48,903 nt of DNA, taken from NCBI RefSeq assembly GCF_001949145.1, contig NW_019091360.1:4358159-4407061 (forward strand), in the 5' to 3' direction. Made by a program: the position numbers and the translations under genes. The DNA comes from Acanthaster planci (Eukaryota). The notes below the pieces were generated by a model that made no database searches, had not been told where the DNA came from, and saw only the letters and a list, made by a program, of their open reading frames with translations. This document shows positions 1-11,631 of this stretch, piece after piece (within the stretch, counting starts at the first letter, position 1; every line of letters begins with the position of its first letter).

Positions 1-805
1 CAAGGTTCTAAGCTCCACAAGCTATGGCAGTTGAAGAAAATAAAAGCGCTTTAGTTAGTAGTATGCAAGGTCAGACACATTCAACATGTGGATTAGCCCT
101 AACAGTCCTCAATCCTCCAACAGGTGAAGGATTGAGGATTGTTAGGGCTAATTTAGCCTTTTATTTAGTGGGAAATGATCTTCACAAATTTTGCCAAATG
201 TGTGAAAGGACACATGTAAGACTAGCTACATGTACATGGAGTGGAATTGGAAACAATGAAGAGAATGTGCACAGCAGAATTATTGAACAAATGCTCCCTT
301 GAAAATGAAATATTGGTAGGCATGAAAGCATGGTAGGCATGAAAGCATGGTATGCATGTACTTAGTGCAGTGTGTCTCTTAAGGTTGCAAATTGTAAGGT
401 AGGCCTACATCAATGATTTTTTTGGAGCTTTTTCAAAGGAATGGTATTTTGTTTTGATCCCTTTCAATGGTGGTGGTGGGGGAGGGGAGCTATCGCACTG
501 TCTTCAGCGCTATCCTTAACCATACTTACATTGAATTACTTTGAATGCAGTATGTCCAACCTACATGCAGCCGTCAGCATCAGTTCCAATAATAGTTGGC
601 ACATTTGGAATGGACTGTGTAGATAATTGAACGATTTTTCACTTATTGCCTGTTGTGTATTGTCACTATTGTACTGGACTTACAGACAATGTGCCTAACA
701 TCGGGACGGATGCTGTGGATTGCATACAGGTACATGTACATGTCTCGTACACTCAAGATATTGAACATGGATTGACACTGTTTGTCCATTCTGTTCTTCC
801 TCTAG

Positions 806-893
806 TCCTGTTTTGTACAGGAGTATGACCCAACCATTGAGGATTCCTACACCAAACAGTGCGTCATTGACAATGTAGTAGCTAAGCTTGACA
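806..893 (+). CDS. RRAS2: R-Ras-like coding exon (switch I), 88 bp
   Basis: ttcttcctctag|TCC...GAC A|gtaagt; [29 protein letters not shown]. Confidence 0.93.
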
Positions 894-3800
894 GTAAGTG
901 TTGCCGTAGTAATTATCATTTGTATTTATTTGAATTGAAACTGAACTTCAACATGTTAGAGGGCTAAGGAGCAATTGAATACCTCATTAATTAAAAGAAA
1001 GGCCCAACTCCACCGTTTTGGCCAGTGAGAGTTAATTGATTTCCTTTGCAACTCCTTCCGAAAAATATTCCTTTTTTTTCTTTTGAACTCAAAAAAGGTT
1101 ATGTTGGAGTTGGGCCCTTTGTTCAATTAGGTATTCAATTACAGGTACAGTACCAATCATTTCCTTGAATGCAATGGTGCTACCCAATGGAGGTAATTCT
1201 TGATATTCCTCTACCTACCTTAAAAGCTTTGATGTGTCTTGGGATACTTCCAAGCAAACGGTCACTTCGTATTGCGTTATTGATTTACAGCTCTCGTATG
1301 GTTCACACATATTTGACCAATTTTGAACTGCAGCATTGCACTTGTACATGTACATGTGTATATTAAAAATGTAACATTGGTTACCATTTGAAATGTAGGA
1401 TTGGAACAAATTCGTTTATAATAAAACCTTGTGAAAATTTTGTAACCTCTAAAATGACAATGACAAAAGTCATATTTCATAAATGTGATGAATCAAGGTT
1501 GGAAATTTTATTTTCATAGAAATTCAGAAGTAGTTGTACTATTTATTTCTCCATAGATATTAAGTGTAAAATATTATACTTTTGACATGTTTAAATAGCA
1601 TGTTTATCTCTACATGTAAGTAATGCCTGGGACTAACCCTTACTTTTACTCATATCGCCGCTAATTTGATTTAATCCCACAAATGAGACTGAAAGACATA
1701 TTTCTACTTCATGTTTTCGTACACTATCATCATCATTTTGTCTCGTTTTGTTGGATGTACATGTATTTCATGATATACATGTAGACCTTATGTGCAGGGC
1801 CAAAGTTATGTGATGGTCTGTTGGTCAAAAGTGTCTATGGTAACTAACTTTTTGTCCAGAAGTATTGATTTTGTATGATAATCCTGTTCGGATTAAGTCT
1901 TCATCTGGGAGTTTTTGATCGTTCAAAACGCAAACACTGGGCAGTAATTTTCTTTGTTCATGTACTATTTTCTGTAGCTTGATTTTAAAGACATACATAG
2001 TGTCAACATGTATCTGTCCAAACATTTGATTTATAATTAAACCCATTTTGGAATTTTGAGTCTACGAGATCAAGGAAACATACTTTATAATCCAATCAAT
2101 ATCTTTTTATTAATCCTATTGTTATATTTCAAAGGTGCATTTACAATAACCCTTACTCAAAAGGTTTGAATATTCCACAAAGTAACAAAGAACAGAAAGT
2201 TTTAGACAAACGTCAAAAGATTTGACTAAAATGGGCTCTAAATTCCTTCTAGAATCGTAAGGAAGAGTAAATAATACAAATTATTTTTTCAATGGAAAGC
2301 AGAATCAAATGGAGAAGTTTATAATACAAACACTTTATTTTTTTTAGTGACTGAGTCTGGAGTAATAGGTCAAAGGTTCTGATCCGCAGTGAAGTGGGCT
2401 GGACCATAAGTTTACAACTAATTCAAGAACATGAAAAGCAAGACTGAGGCCCTGTTTTGCATGAAGTACAAGTTGATATGAATCCTAGATTCGATTGGTA
2501 CCTGTAACGTTTTCACATGCTGTATCCCGTGATCTTGCATGTACAAGTGCAATCCTATCAAACTCAGCATTCAAAATAAAGTTGTCAAAAATGTACACCA
2601 CTGTAATTTTGCACATGGGTAATTCCAAAATTAGGGGTCCAAAAGTGTGACATTTTTGTGTCACTGTTACATATACGTCTGACCTTTGTTATTTGACATG
2701 GAAATATCACCTGAATTGACTTTAAACTATTACTGTTTGTTTTGACAGGTAATTTGCATTAATTCATCACTCTTGGAAATTGGAAAATGTGTTCTGAAAG
2801 TACAAAATATTTCAGATGCGACAGGGACACGAACCCCCCCCCAAAAAAAAAAACCAGACCCCCAATTTCTGGAATTACCCTTATGACTATGAGTGTTGAA
2901 GCAAAATTCTCCTCTCAAGGTAGACAAAAAAGTGAGTACACTGGATATAAAGTGAGACCGTTATTTGGGCGAGCCCTAAACTGATCTACGTTCTCTTTTG
3001 AGATGCAAATTATCCTGAAATAACTTACAGTGTTTCAGCAATTTGAAGAATGTGTGAGCTGTATAATTGGCTTGCCATGGGCAATAAAAAGGTCTTTGAG
3101 AGAGTGCTGTGGTTTATATTTGGAGAGTTGGATGTACATGTACATGTAACGGAAATGTATGCTAACAAATTCTATTCCTATTTCAAAAAAAAAGAGACAG
3201 TACGAATGTCAGACCATAGATATTTTCTGGCCGTGAATATTTGCCAAAAGACAAAGTGTAGAGAACTCTGTATGTTCTATATATATGTATGTAGTTGGTT
3301 TGTGGTAAGTGGGCATTGCACAACTACATGTACATGTAATAGCAAGGTTCGTCAAGCTTTCCACACCACAAACATCCAGTCATCCTCGAGAGGTAGTTTA
3401 CTGTCTGAGTGGAACATTTCAATTCACTACCATGTCAGTATGGTTACATACATGTGTAGCCTTGTACTTTGTAGGTGTCAAAAGCTTTTGAACATGCATG
3501 AAAATATTTTCCTAAGATCTCTCCCAAATAAGGAATTGTTTCCTGCTGGACATACATGTACAGTACACGTACATCATAAGTTGAATGAGATGACCTCCAT
3601 GTAAAATGATGTATTCAATTCTTGTACAAAATTCAGATTGACAATCATATCCCTGACACTTTGTGTTAGTCTTTGGGAATTAAAGAGACCGCGTACATGT
3701 AATGTCAAATCCTTGAAATTGCACTTTTGTGTTTCAATTGACCTTATTTTCAATTTTTGTTTTATTATATTTTGTTCTATTCTAATATGAATTTGCATAT

Positions 3801-6800
3801 TCATGAGCAAACTTTCACGTAATGCAAGGCACTGCATGCATGTTCATACATGTATCTGACTATTGAAGATTTTCATTTCCTTTAGCAATTTATTGTTATA
3901 TACATGTAGCAACAAGCCTGCAAGCAACCTTTTCTCAAAAACGTTTTCAAAGAGCAAACTTGGGATTCAAAATTTGAACCTGAAACCATGCAAAATGAAC
4001 AGTATCATCCTGGATTTACATCACACTAACAGCACCCTCACTTGTCTGGAAAAACTCGGTCAATTTTGAATGTTTAAACCATTTTCACTGCATGGTCACT
4101 GAAAAAGTTTACATTGAAGAAGAGTTGGAACATGCACAAAAAGTGATTCTAAGAAAACTTGATTGCATTGATCCTTGAAGTCCCATATGAATATGTTTGT
4201 TCCCCATTCATATTGTGTATGTTTCATGTGCTTGTAGAGTACATTGCCTTGTCTTTTATGACACCAATTCGTGCATCAAATTTGTATTTTGAAAGATTGA
4301 AACTCAATGTTTCCTGTTCATGAAAGGTAGGTGCTAAAAGTAAAAGTTGATGTAGGGACAGAACAACATGGATGGCATGCATTTTACACACACTCACGTA
4401 TTCTGTCCAAACACTTCTGTGTAGATGTACATGTAGGATGTCCATGTATGCTGTCTGAATATATGATACTGAATTCTGGCTCAAATTGCAGATTTGGTCT
4501 TGGGAATCGTTGAGGTCTGATTTATTGGGTGTGAATATGTTGTAAGATTGGCATAAAATTAAAGACTTTATGAAATTATCAGAAATTACACTGTAGGCCT
4601 TACTGTGAAACCATGATCACTTACAGATGTACATGTACATGAATTTGTACACTGTACCGGAGTTCATTATTGAGCCATTTTCTTTCTTTGTGAAACTCTC
4701 ATTTATAAGTGTTTTAAACATTTAAAAAAAAGAGAGATAAAAACTGGACAACTTGTACAGGCCTTCCGTGGTTTGTTACAGCAAGAATTCTTTGCAAAAT
4801 TATATGTAAATGTATGTGATAGAAAAATCTAATTCTATATATAAAAGTCAGTCTTCTTTTGAATGAGTATCAACTGTAATTTAAGATAATAATCAGAGTC
4901 ATTGATATGCGTACTTCTTCAAGTTGATGTACATTTACTGTGTTTACAGTAGGATTTTGTGTGTCATTTAGTTCTTACACTTTGCTGTGATATTGTACAT
5001 GTACAACAAGGTTTTGTGAACATCCAGCCCATGAGTAATATTACACTGTTCGCATCATTACGTCATTTTGGTGAAATCTACGATGAAGCCCTGTGTATGC
5101 AACGTTATACCAAGGATTTGCATTACACAGGACGACGTGACTGTGGATTTGTATTGTAAGTTGTCATCAGTTATGAAGGTAAATGAACTGCTGAATTGTT
5201 TTCCCTTAGGACGTTCGGTCCAGCCACATAAATCTGCAGGTTCAGTGAAAAACATGCAGCAAGTCACCTGACATACATGTACATGTACATGTACATTTAT
5301 ATTGCACACACAGGAAATGTTCATGTTTTGCACAGACATGCGTACATGTAGGTCTGTTATCTGTGAACTAGTTTTTGCCATCCACATTTACTATGTAATG
5401 GTGTCAGAGCAGATTGTTGCTGAGAATGTTTGAGGATATGAGTAAACAGTGTATTTAATCAAAGCTAACTCTTTACAAATTTGCATTTTTAATGTTTGTG
5501 TAAATTTGGGTGAAAAATCTGTTCTGATAGCTGTGATGGAAATTTGGTCTTGAATTTTACTTATCCTCACTGATTTCAACATGATACCAGAGGGGCCCAC
5601 TCGATGCTCCCCTTTTTCCTTCAGTTCTGGATACTTTTCTCGCCCATACGTGTTAAAAGTCTGCCCCAGACCGTGCTAAGGTTTAAACTCCATTAGATCA
5701 AGTAATGAGCTTGTTAATGTGCAGCATGCACAAGCACTGTATATATCAGTGTTATGCACACGTACAGTTGAACATTGATCTGGAGAGCACTGCTAATACC
5801 AGGTCATATTTATAACAAGGACTGTGTTAGGTCCCAAGTCTTTTTTGTTTTCTTTTATTTTCCATTACTGATAATACGAGGTACGTGAAAGTATTATGAC
5901 AAGGTAATTTGTGAAGTCCCAAGGGCCTTGTTACAAATGTTCGGCTGTGTAGTGTTTGACAAAAGGTTGTGTTTGCTTCAGGCTGACTTTAGTTTGGTGT
6001 TGTTTAGTCTTAATGATTCTTAGAATTTGTATGCATTGATTTCAGTTCTGGATACAGCAGGTCAAGATGAGTTTAATGCAATGAAGGAACAGTACATGAG
6101 AACTGGAGATGGATTTTTGCTGGTATTCAGCCTGACTAGTAGGACAAGGTACGTACTATACACCTGTCCGTGGGGGTGCTAGATGCCCCTATTAACCTTA
6201 ACAGTCCCCAAGCCTTCATTCACCAGAAGTTTGAGGACTACTAGGGTTAACCTTTCGTCAGAATGTGGCTTGCATGTCATGGGTATCAAGCGTTGGAGAC
6301 GAACAAGGGATTGGATGAGGGAGTGTGTGATTAGATGAAAGGGAAGTTTGTTCCCCCCACTCCCCCGTCGCCCATACACAGGTCTTTACAGGTACAAAAC
6401 TAGAAACACCCCCATTTCCAGGAAGGGGAATCACTCTTTCCAATGGATAGGGGCAAGGCACTCAATTACTATTGAGCCTACTGAAAAACTGTCAACCGCG
6501 AAAGGAGTCAATATTTAGAAATATTCCATGAAAATGACAGTTTTTTCTTTGTCCTCCTTTCATTTTTGTTTCTATAACAGGAACAAAATGAGGAAAAGTG
6601 CTAAAGAAATGAGAAAATAGAGATAAATGGGCTGAAAATCCACCCCTTTTAACACCATTCTTGCACAGCGCCCACTTGTCCAAGATAGGTTAGCCACATT
6701 TGTATAATTTTCCACCGCCATGCTCACTGCAGATTGAGTTGTCAGATTGAGTTGTAACTGCACATTTGTACTGAGAAGTGTTTTTACATGCATGCCGAGT

Positions 6801-9800
6801 AACAGTCCAAAATAACCCGGCTCTTGTAGGATTACAAAAATAGAAATTCTGGTTTAGGCTGAATTCCACCAGCCTGTGAATAGATAACATGACTGTCGGT
6901 GAACACTCGTTGAATCCTTCCTTGACTCTGTTGCATGTAGAAATTACTTGTCAATGGCATTTCCGTGGTTTCTCAGAGGCTGGTTTTTTAGTTTTATTTA
7001 GTTACAACAAATGCACAAAAGCTTTACTCCAACCCATCCCAGTGATACAAATCTCTTGCTCTCTGAGGATAAGTTAATGGGTAATTCCAGAAATCAGGGG
7101 TCCATCTTTTTCGTGTCCCGTCACATCTGACATATGATTTTTGCAAGTTCAGAACACATTTTCCAATTTCCAAGAGTGATGAATTAATACAAATTATCTG
7201 CCAAACTATTGGTAGTAGTTTGAAATCAATTCCTGTAATATTTGCACATCAAATAACAAAGGTCAGATGTAACAGGGACAGAAAAAGTCACACTTTTGGA
7301 CCCCTCATTTCTGGAGTTACCCTTATACATCACCTCTATTGTCTTAACTGTCATTAAGTGTCCATGAGACCATAACTACAAGCTATGCAGTCCCATGCCT
7401 CTTCTAAACTTTGACTTTGTAAATGTATTCTCAGAAAGTTGTTCAAAATAGTTACATTCAATCTAAAGGTTTCATTTTGGAGGAAAAACATTGCACCTGT
7501 GAAATCATTTCCATGAAGGAAACGAGTCACTATTACCATTTCATAAACAGGAAAATCTCCACATGTAATAAAAACTTCAGAGCAAAAAGTGACTGGAAAT
7601 TGATGAATTAATGGAAGCAGAGACTGAAGAACCGCATTGTATGAACATACGTGTACATGTATTCTGATGTGTTTTCTTATGATGTTTGTTGTCATTGCTT
7701 TCCCAAACAGTTTTGAGGAAATTGTCAGGTTTCATCGGCAAATACTCAGAGTAAAAGATCGAGACGAGTACCCAATGATCCTGGTTGCTAACAAGGCAGA
7801 CTTAATTAACCAACGAGTTGTAAGCAGATTTATGGTTTGTTTTTATACTTGGTATGAGCCAGTTATTTGCCTCACTATTGTGTTTTGATAGTTGAACTTA
7901 AAAGGATACATGTACATAGCATGTACTATCAAGAAACAAATAGTACATTCCCATAACATTTCACCCATGCATTCTGTATTGTGATTGGTCAAGAGCCACT
8001 TACATGGCATTCACTAATTTAGCTATACCCTTAGCAACCAAAGTACATTACCCATAGCAACAAAAGAACTATATGCATGACTGCCAGTATTGTGTGCAAA
8101 TATATACTGGTTCAAACATTTTGTGAAGAGCTTGTTTGGAATAGTACTGGTACATGTGCATGTAAATTACCAATAAATTTCCTATTTAAATAGGCGAGCT
8201 TTTATATGAAGTTAGATCAAAGTAATCCGTCTTGGCTTAAATCAAGCAGAATCTGTGGGGGAGGTGTTATGAAACAAATATGGACTGGCTTCTTGTTATA
8301 GCGCAGTAAAACTCACCTCCTTCAGTGATAAACGGAGCATTCTATTTTCCTTCAGCTTTGCCCCAGAGAATAAAGAATTCTGTATTGATTATCTTGGGAG
8401 GCCAGTTTTACTACCACTTCAAGCAGTTGATATTTGTATAATATGACACCTGTGATATGCTACCTTGACTTGAAGACTGGTGTACAACTACCGTACACAT
8501 TTGTGAATCATGAGCAAAAAGCCACACAGAGTATTTGTTTGCTTGGAATACGGGCGATTCACAATAGTGCGCCTCCAAGAGTTTGAAACGCGTTGGCCAA
8601 TCACAATGGGCAAAATTTGTCGACCCTTTCCCAATGCACGTTGGGTCGACAGATTTCGCATTGCAAACTCTTGGAGGCGCACTATTGTGAAATGACCCAA
8701 ATGTGTTCTCTGAGGATTCTAACAATGGCTAGTTGAGTGTGAAGCTTATGAATTCATTTAATTCCAACAGCTGTTTATTTCCTGGATGAAAAGTCTGCTG
8801 CATACTGATTGACTGTCATTCAGCAGTGGCAGAATTGAGTTTCATTCAATCAGTATTTAATCCTACAAAGTTTTGTGCAGTTCTGTTGCTTTTTTGTGTT
8901 TTCCATGAAGGTGTGTGGGGAAGAAGCCCAAGAGCTTGGCAAACAGTTAAAAGTCGATGTCATTGAAGCAAGTGCCAAGACTAGGATGAATGTAGATCAA
9001 GCATTTCATCAACTTGTTAGAACAATAAGGTGAGAAGATTGGCCTATAGAGGCTTTGAATGGTAGCCATCTTGCAGGGCAGTTCTTTAGTTCCACTGGTA
9101 AACCTCCCATGTGCATACTCTGTGGCACCAAAGCACTGGTCTACAAGATGGCAGCCATGCAAACCCTATATTAAGGACTGATAAAAGGCTGGTTTGGAAA
9201 CAGGTTGTGGATTTGAATCTTGTGCGGAGATGCTTTCTCTAGGGCACTCTTCCTGACCCTCTTGATGTAGCGTTCATCTGCCATTTGTTATAGTCACACT
9301 TTGCGCAGTATGCAGGTTGTAGGCAAACCTTCAGAGGTTCAGTGAAGGACACAAAAATTATGAGAAAGACGTAGTCTTGGTCCAAGACTGGATATGTATT
9401 GCTTTTGTCTCCGTTCACGGCACAGGTGATATGCGCTGACCAGTGCAGCCGATTAGCACCAATCCATAAGAGAACTGTACTGAAATCCAGTCTTAGGGAA
9501 TCTTACCTGAAAAATTCTGACCAGATTCCAATTATCAAGAATAATAACAGCTGTGTATCACATGGTGATTGGAGTAAGTACCCAGATGTACATACTGTAC
9601 GGTGTGTTACTGCTCCGTGTATTCATTCAATTAACTGTCATTTCATTAAGGCATTAGTTGACTTGTAACCCCTGAATAAACAAAATCCCTAAGCAAAGTC
9701 CTTATGACTGGCACACTGGATGAGCGTAGTTTTATAGCCTGATGGCCCCTGCTATTAGCATGCCTTGCATTGTGTATAGCACTTCCTGAAGGCAGGAAGC

Positions 9801-11631
9801 TCTTGATCTGTCTTTTGATGTCGTGTGATGTGTTTACAGTTAGTTTGCTTCTGTGTTATGGGGATTTGTTTGCCTGTTTTGTGGTCTGGGAAATGTTTGA
9901 TTTCTCCTGTATCGCATCGCGTTTTGTGACGCAATATCGACCAAATGCTATGCACATGTACTTTCTAAAATAAATCGCATATTGTGATGCAAAATGCACA
10001 GGGCTTCATGATGTAATGTGCTTGATTGACACATATAGCAGGGCACATTATCCTTTGAAATACACATATGTGGAAATTGAATCTGCTGACCTCATTGGTT
10101 CCCACACAAATTGTGTTCACTCGAGATAGCCAGAGCAGGAATTAGTAATGTTCATGCATTTCACAGGAGCAGAGTGGCTACTGGCATGGGCTCCAGACAT
10201 ATACTGTACATGTACATGACGGAACACGCAGTCATCGTTTCATGTCTCACCGTCGGACATTGTGTTAAATTGACTTCTGAACAAGTCAAATGGAAGTTGA
10301 AAGTGATGGAGATGTAAAAATGATTAATGGAAGAGTGAAAAACAAGCTCAACTCACAGTGCTAGAGTAAATAAATGATTGTTTCATTTTTGGCTGACATT
10401 ACTAAGGCTTTTGGTTTACAGGGAAGATTAATGTAAAGCGTGGTGCATCATGTGCTACCAGATTGTACATACATTTTTAGGGTCCCTTAACGTTGTGCGC
10501 CTCAACGGTGTTCAAAGGTTTTCTTGGTAAGGATACTCACTCCAGATCCTATATCAACCATGAGTACTAATGGTACACAGTTGACGTTCACCTTGCAGTG
10601 TAAAGAGTTTGCTTTAATTCCCCGGTACATCTGTCACCAGGGTGTGAATGTCATTGTTGCTAGTCTCTGGTGATGAGTCTGCGTAGTCATCACAAACTTG
10701 GGAAAACTCCAGTCTTTTTCTGGTGATGTTGGCTGAAAGTAGCTTGCGGTCATGTGTCACTTCGGGTCTGCTTCTGTCTGTGTACGCTGCTGAAGTGACC
10801 AACTTTGTGGCATGAATGGCATTCTTGCTCCCTGGCGAGACTCACCCTTTTATTCGCCAAGTGCGTTTCTGAACCGCAGCAGTAACAAAATGTCGGTTTT
10901 GATGAAGGCATGGCGTGCTGGTTGTTGGGGTTTCCTGATTTTGATTTCGTTGTTTTCAAATTTTCATAACTTTGGTAACTTCCTGCATTTGAACATTTGA
11001 GTCTGTGTTTTGGCTTCTTGGATAGCTTTCTCAAAATGACGTGCCATGTCCACAGCCCTTTGAAGAGTCAATTCTTCGGCCATGAGTAGCCTCTCTTGAA
11101 TTTTTGGACTGCTCGTTTTCTCCGCAACTTTGTCCCGTATCATTTTGTAGTTCATGGGCCCCAAATCGCATGTTTTTGAAAGGTCTTGGAGTGCAGACAA
11201 AAAATTGCCTATAGACTCACCAGGTTGTTGAGCTTTTTGTTGGAATGTGGCCGAAAATGCTCTCTAAGTGCTTTGATAGTATGCTCGTATTCAGTACAAT
11301 AGCGGTGAGGGATTACCTAAAACTAAGTCTCACTATCTACATGTACATGTGACAAGGGAGAAACCGTATGGCCATGCATCTTTGATCAGACCCTGTAAGG
11401 CTAGCACAAAACTCTGGCGTAGTAGACCTTGACAAGGTAGCCAGGGTATGGCTGTGGCAGGTTTTGAATGAGGTCAATTGCATTTACATCTAGTAAGCAC
11501 ATTCAAATAACATTCCAATTTTAATTGTAATTTAATGTATTTTCTTTAGAAAATTCCAAGCTGAAGAGAACCCACCTATGCTGCGAACATCCAGTAAAAG
11601 AGAAAAGAAACCTTGCTGCACACTTCTGTAA
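806..11631 (+). CDS. RRAS2: R-Ras/TC21 (RRAS2-like) small GTPase, 5'-partial; join(806..893,6046..6148,7711..7819,8911..9029,11550..11631)
   Basis: Spliced 501 nt (166 aa + stop), all introns GT-AG with consistent phases. Contains effector loop [13 protein letters not shown]3 [16 protein letters not shown]4 NKAD, G5 EASAK and a C-terminal CaaX (CTLL). The P-loop exon is not in the window. Ras family is certain; RRAS2 vs RRAS/MRAS orthology is inferred. Confidence 0.9.
973..1140. mobile_element. MITE-like inverted-repeat element
   Basis: AATTGAATACCT...AGGTATTCAATT termini plus an inner GGCCCAACTCCA/TGGAGTTGGGCC inverted pair. Confidence 0.6.
2617..2880. mobile_element. MITE family A, copy 1
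   Basis: TIR GGGTAATTCCA...TGGAATTACCC; the whole body aligns in reverse complement with 7079-7322. Confidence 0.8.
6046..6148 (+). CDS. RRAS2: R-Ras-like coding exon (G3/switch II), 103 bp
   Basis: tttcag|TT CTG GAT...ACA AG|gtacgt; [35 protein letters not shown]. Confidence 0.95.
7079..7322. mobile_element. MITE family A, copy 2 (inverted relative to copy 1)
   Basis: GGGTAATTCCAGAAAT...ATTTCTGGAGTTACCC; carries TTCAGAACACATTTTCCAATTTCCAAGAGTGATGAATTAAT, the reverse complement of the matching stretch in copy 1. Confidence 0.8.
7711..7819 (+). CDS. RRAS2: R-Ras-like coding exon (G4), 109 bp
   Basis: aaacag|T TTT...CGA GTT|gtaagc; [36 protein letters not shown]. Confidence 0.95.
8552..8698. 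mobile_element. Hairpin MITE
   Basis: Perfect 28-bp inverted repeat TTCACAATAGTGCGCCTCCAAGAGTTTG (8558-8585 / 8664-8691) plus inner GTCGACCC/GGGTCGAC. Confidence 0.75.
8911..9029 (+). CDS. RRAS2: R-Ras-like coding exon (G5), 119 bp
   Basis: ttccatgaag|GTG...ATA AG|gtgaga; [40 protein letters not shown]. Confidence 0.93.
9045..9170. mobile_element. Short MITE
   Basis: TATAGAGGCTTTGAATGGTAGCCATCTTG...CAAGATGGCAGCCATGCAAACCCTATA imperfect TIR. Confidence 0.65.
10480..11296 (-). mobile_element. Decayed Ty3/Gypsy LTR-retrotransposon gag-protease remnant in the last Ras intron
   Basis: Minus-strand frameshifted peptides: [24 protein letters not shown]...MIRDK...IQERLL...[10 protein letters not shown] (gag), CYCCG...[13 protein letters not shown] (zinc knuckles), [14 protein letters not shown] (aspartic protease DTG motif degraded to DIG). 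Confidence 0.85.
11550..11631 (+). CDS. RRAS2: R-Ras-like last coding exon (hypervariable region + CaaX)
   Basis: tttctttag|A AAA TTC...[38 protein letters not shown] follows at 11656 and 11672. Confidence 0.92.

Noticed and set aside
314..358. 17-bp tandem repeat (TGGTAGGCATGAAAGCA, about 2.6 copies)
   Set aside because: Trivial local duplication with no further structure.
24..626. KSAL and Gly-rich stretches as the missing Ras P-loop exon
   Set aside because: No GxxxxGKS(A)LT motif with a suitable donor; the first coding exon must lie upstream of the window.
3050..3604. 184-aa ORF and other Cys/His-rich ORFs (VHVH, TCTC)
   Set aside because: The composition comes from TACATG repeats; intronic, with no recognisable domain.
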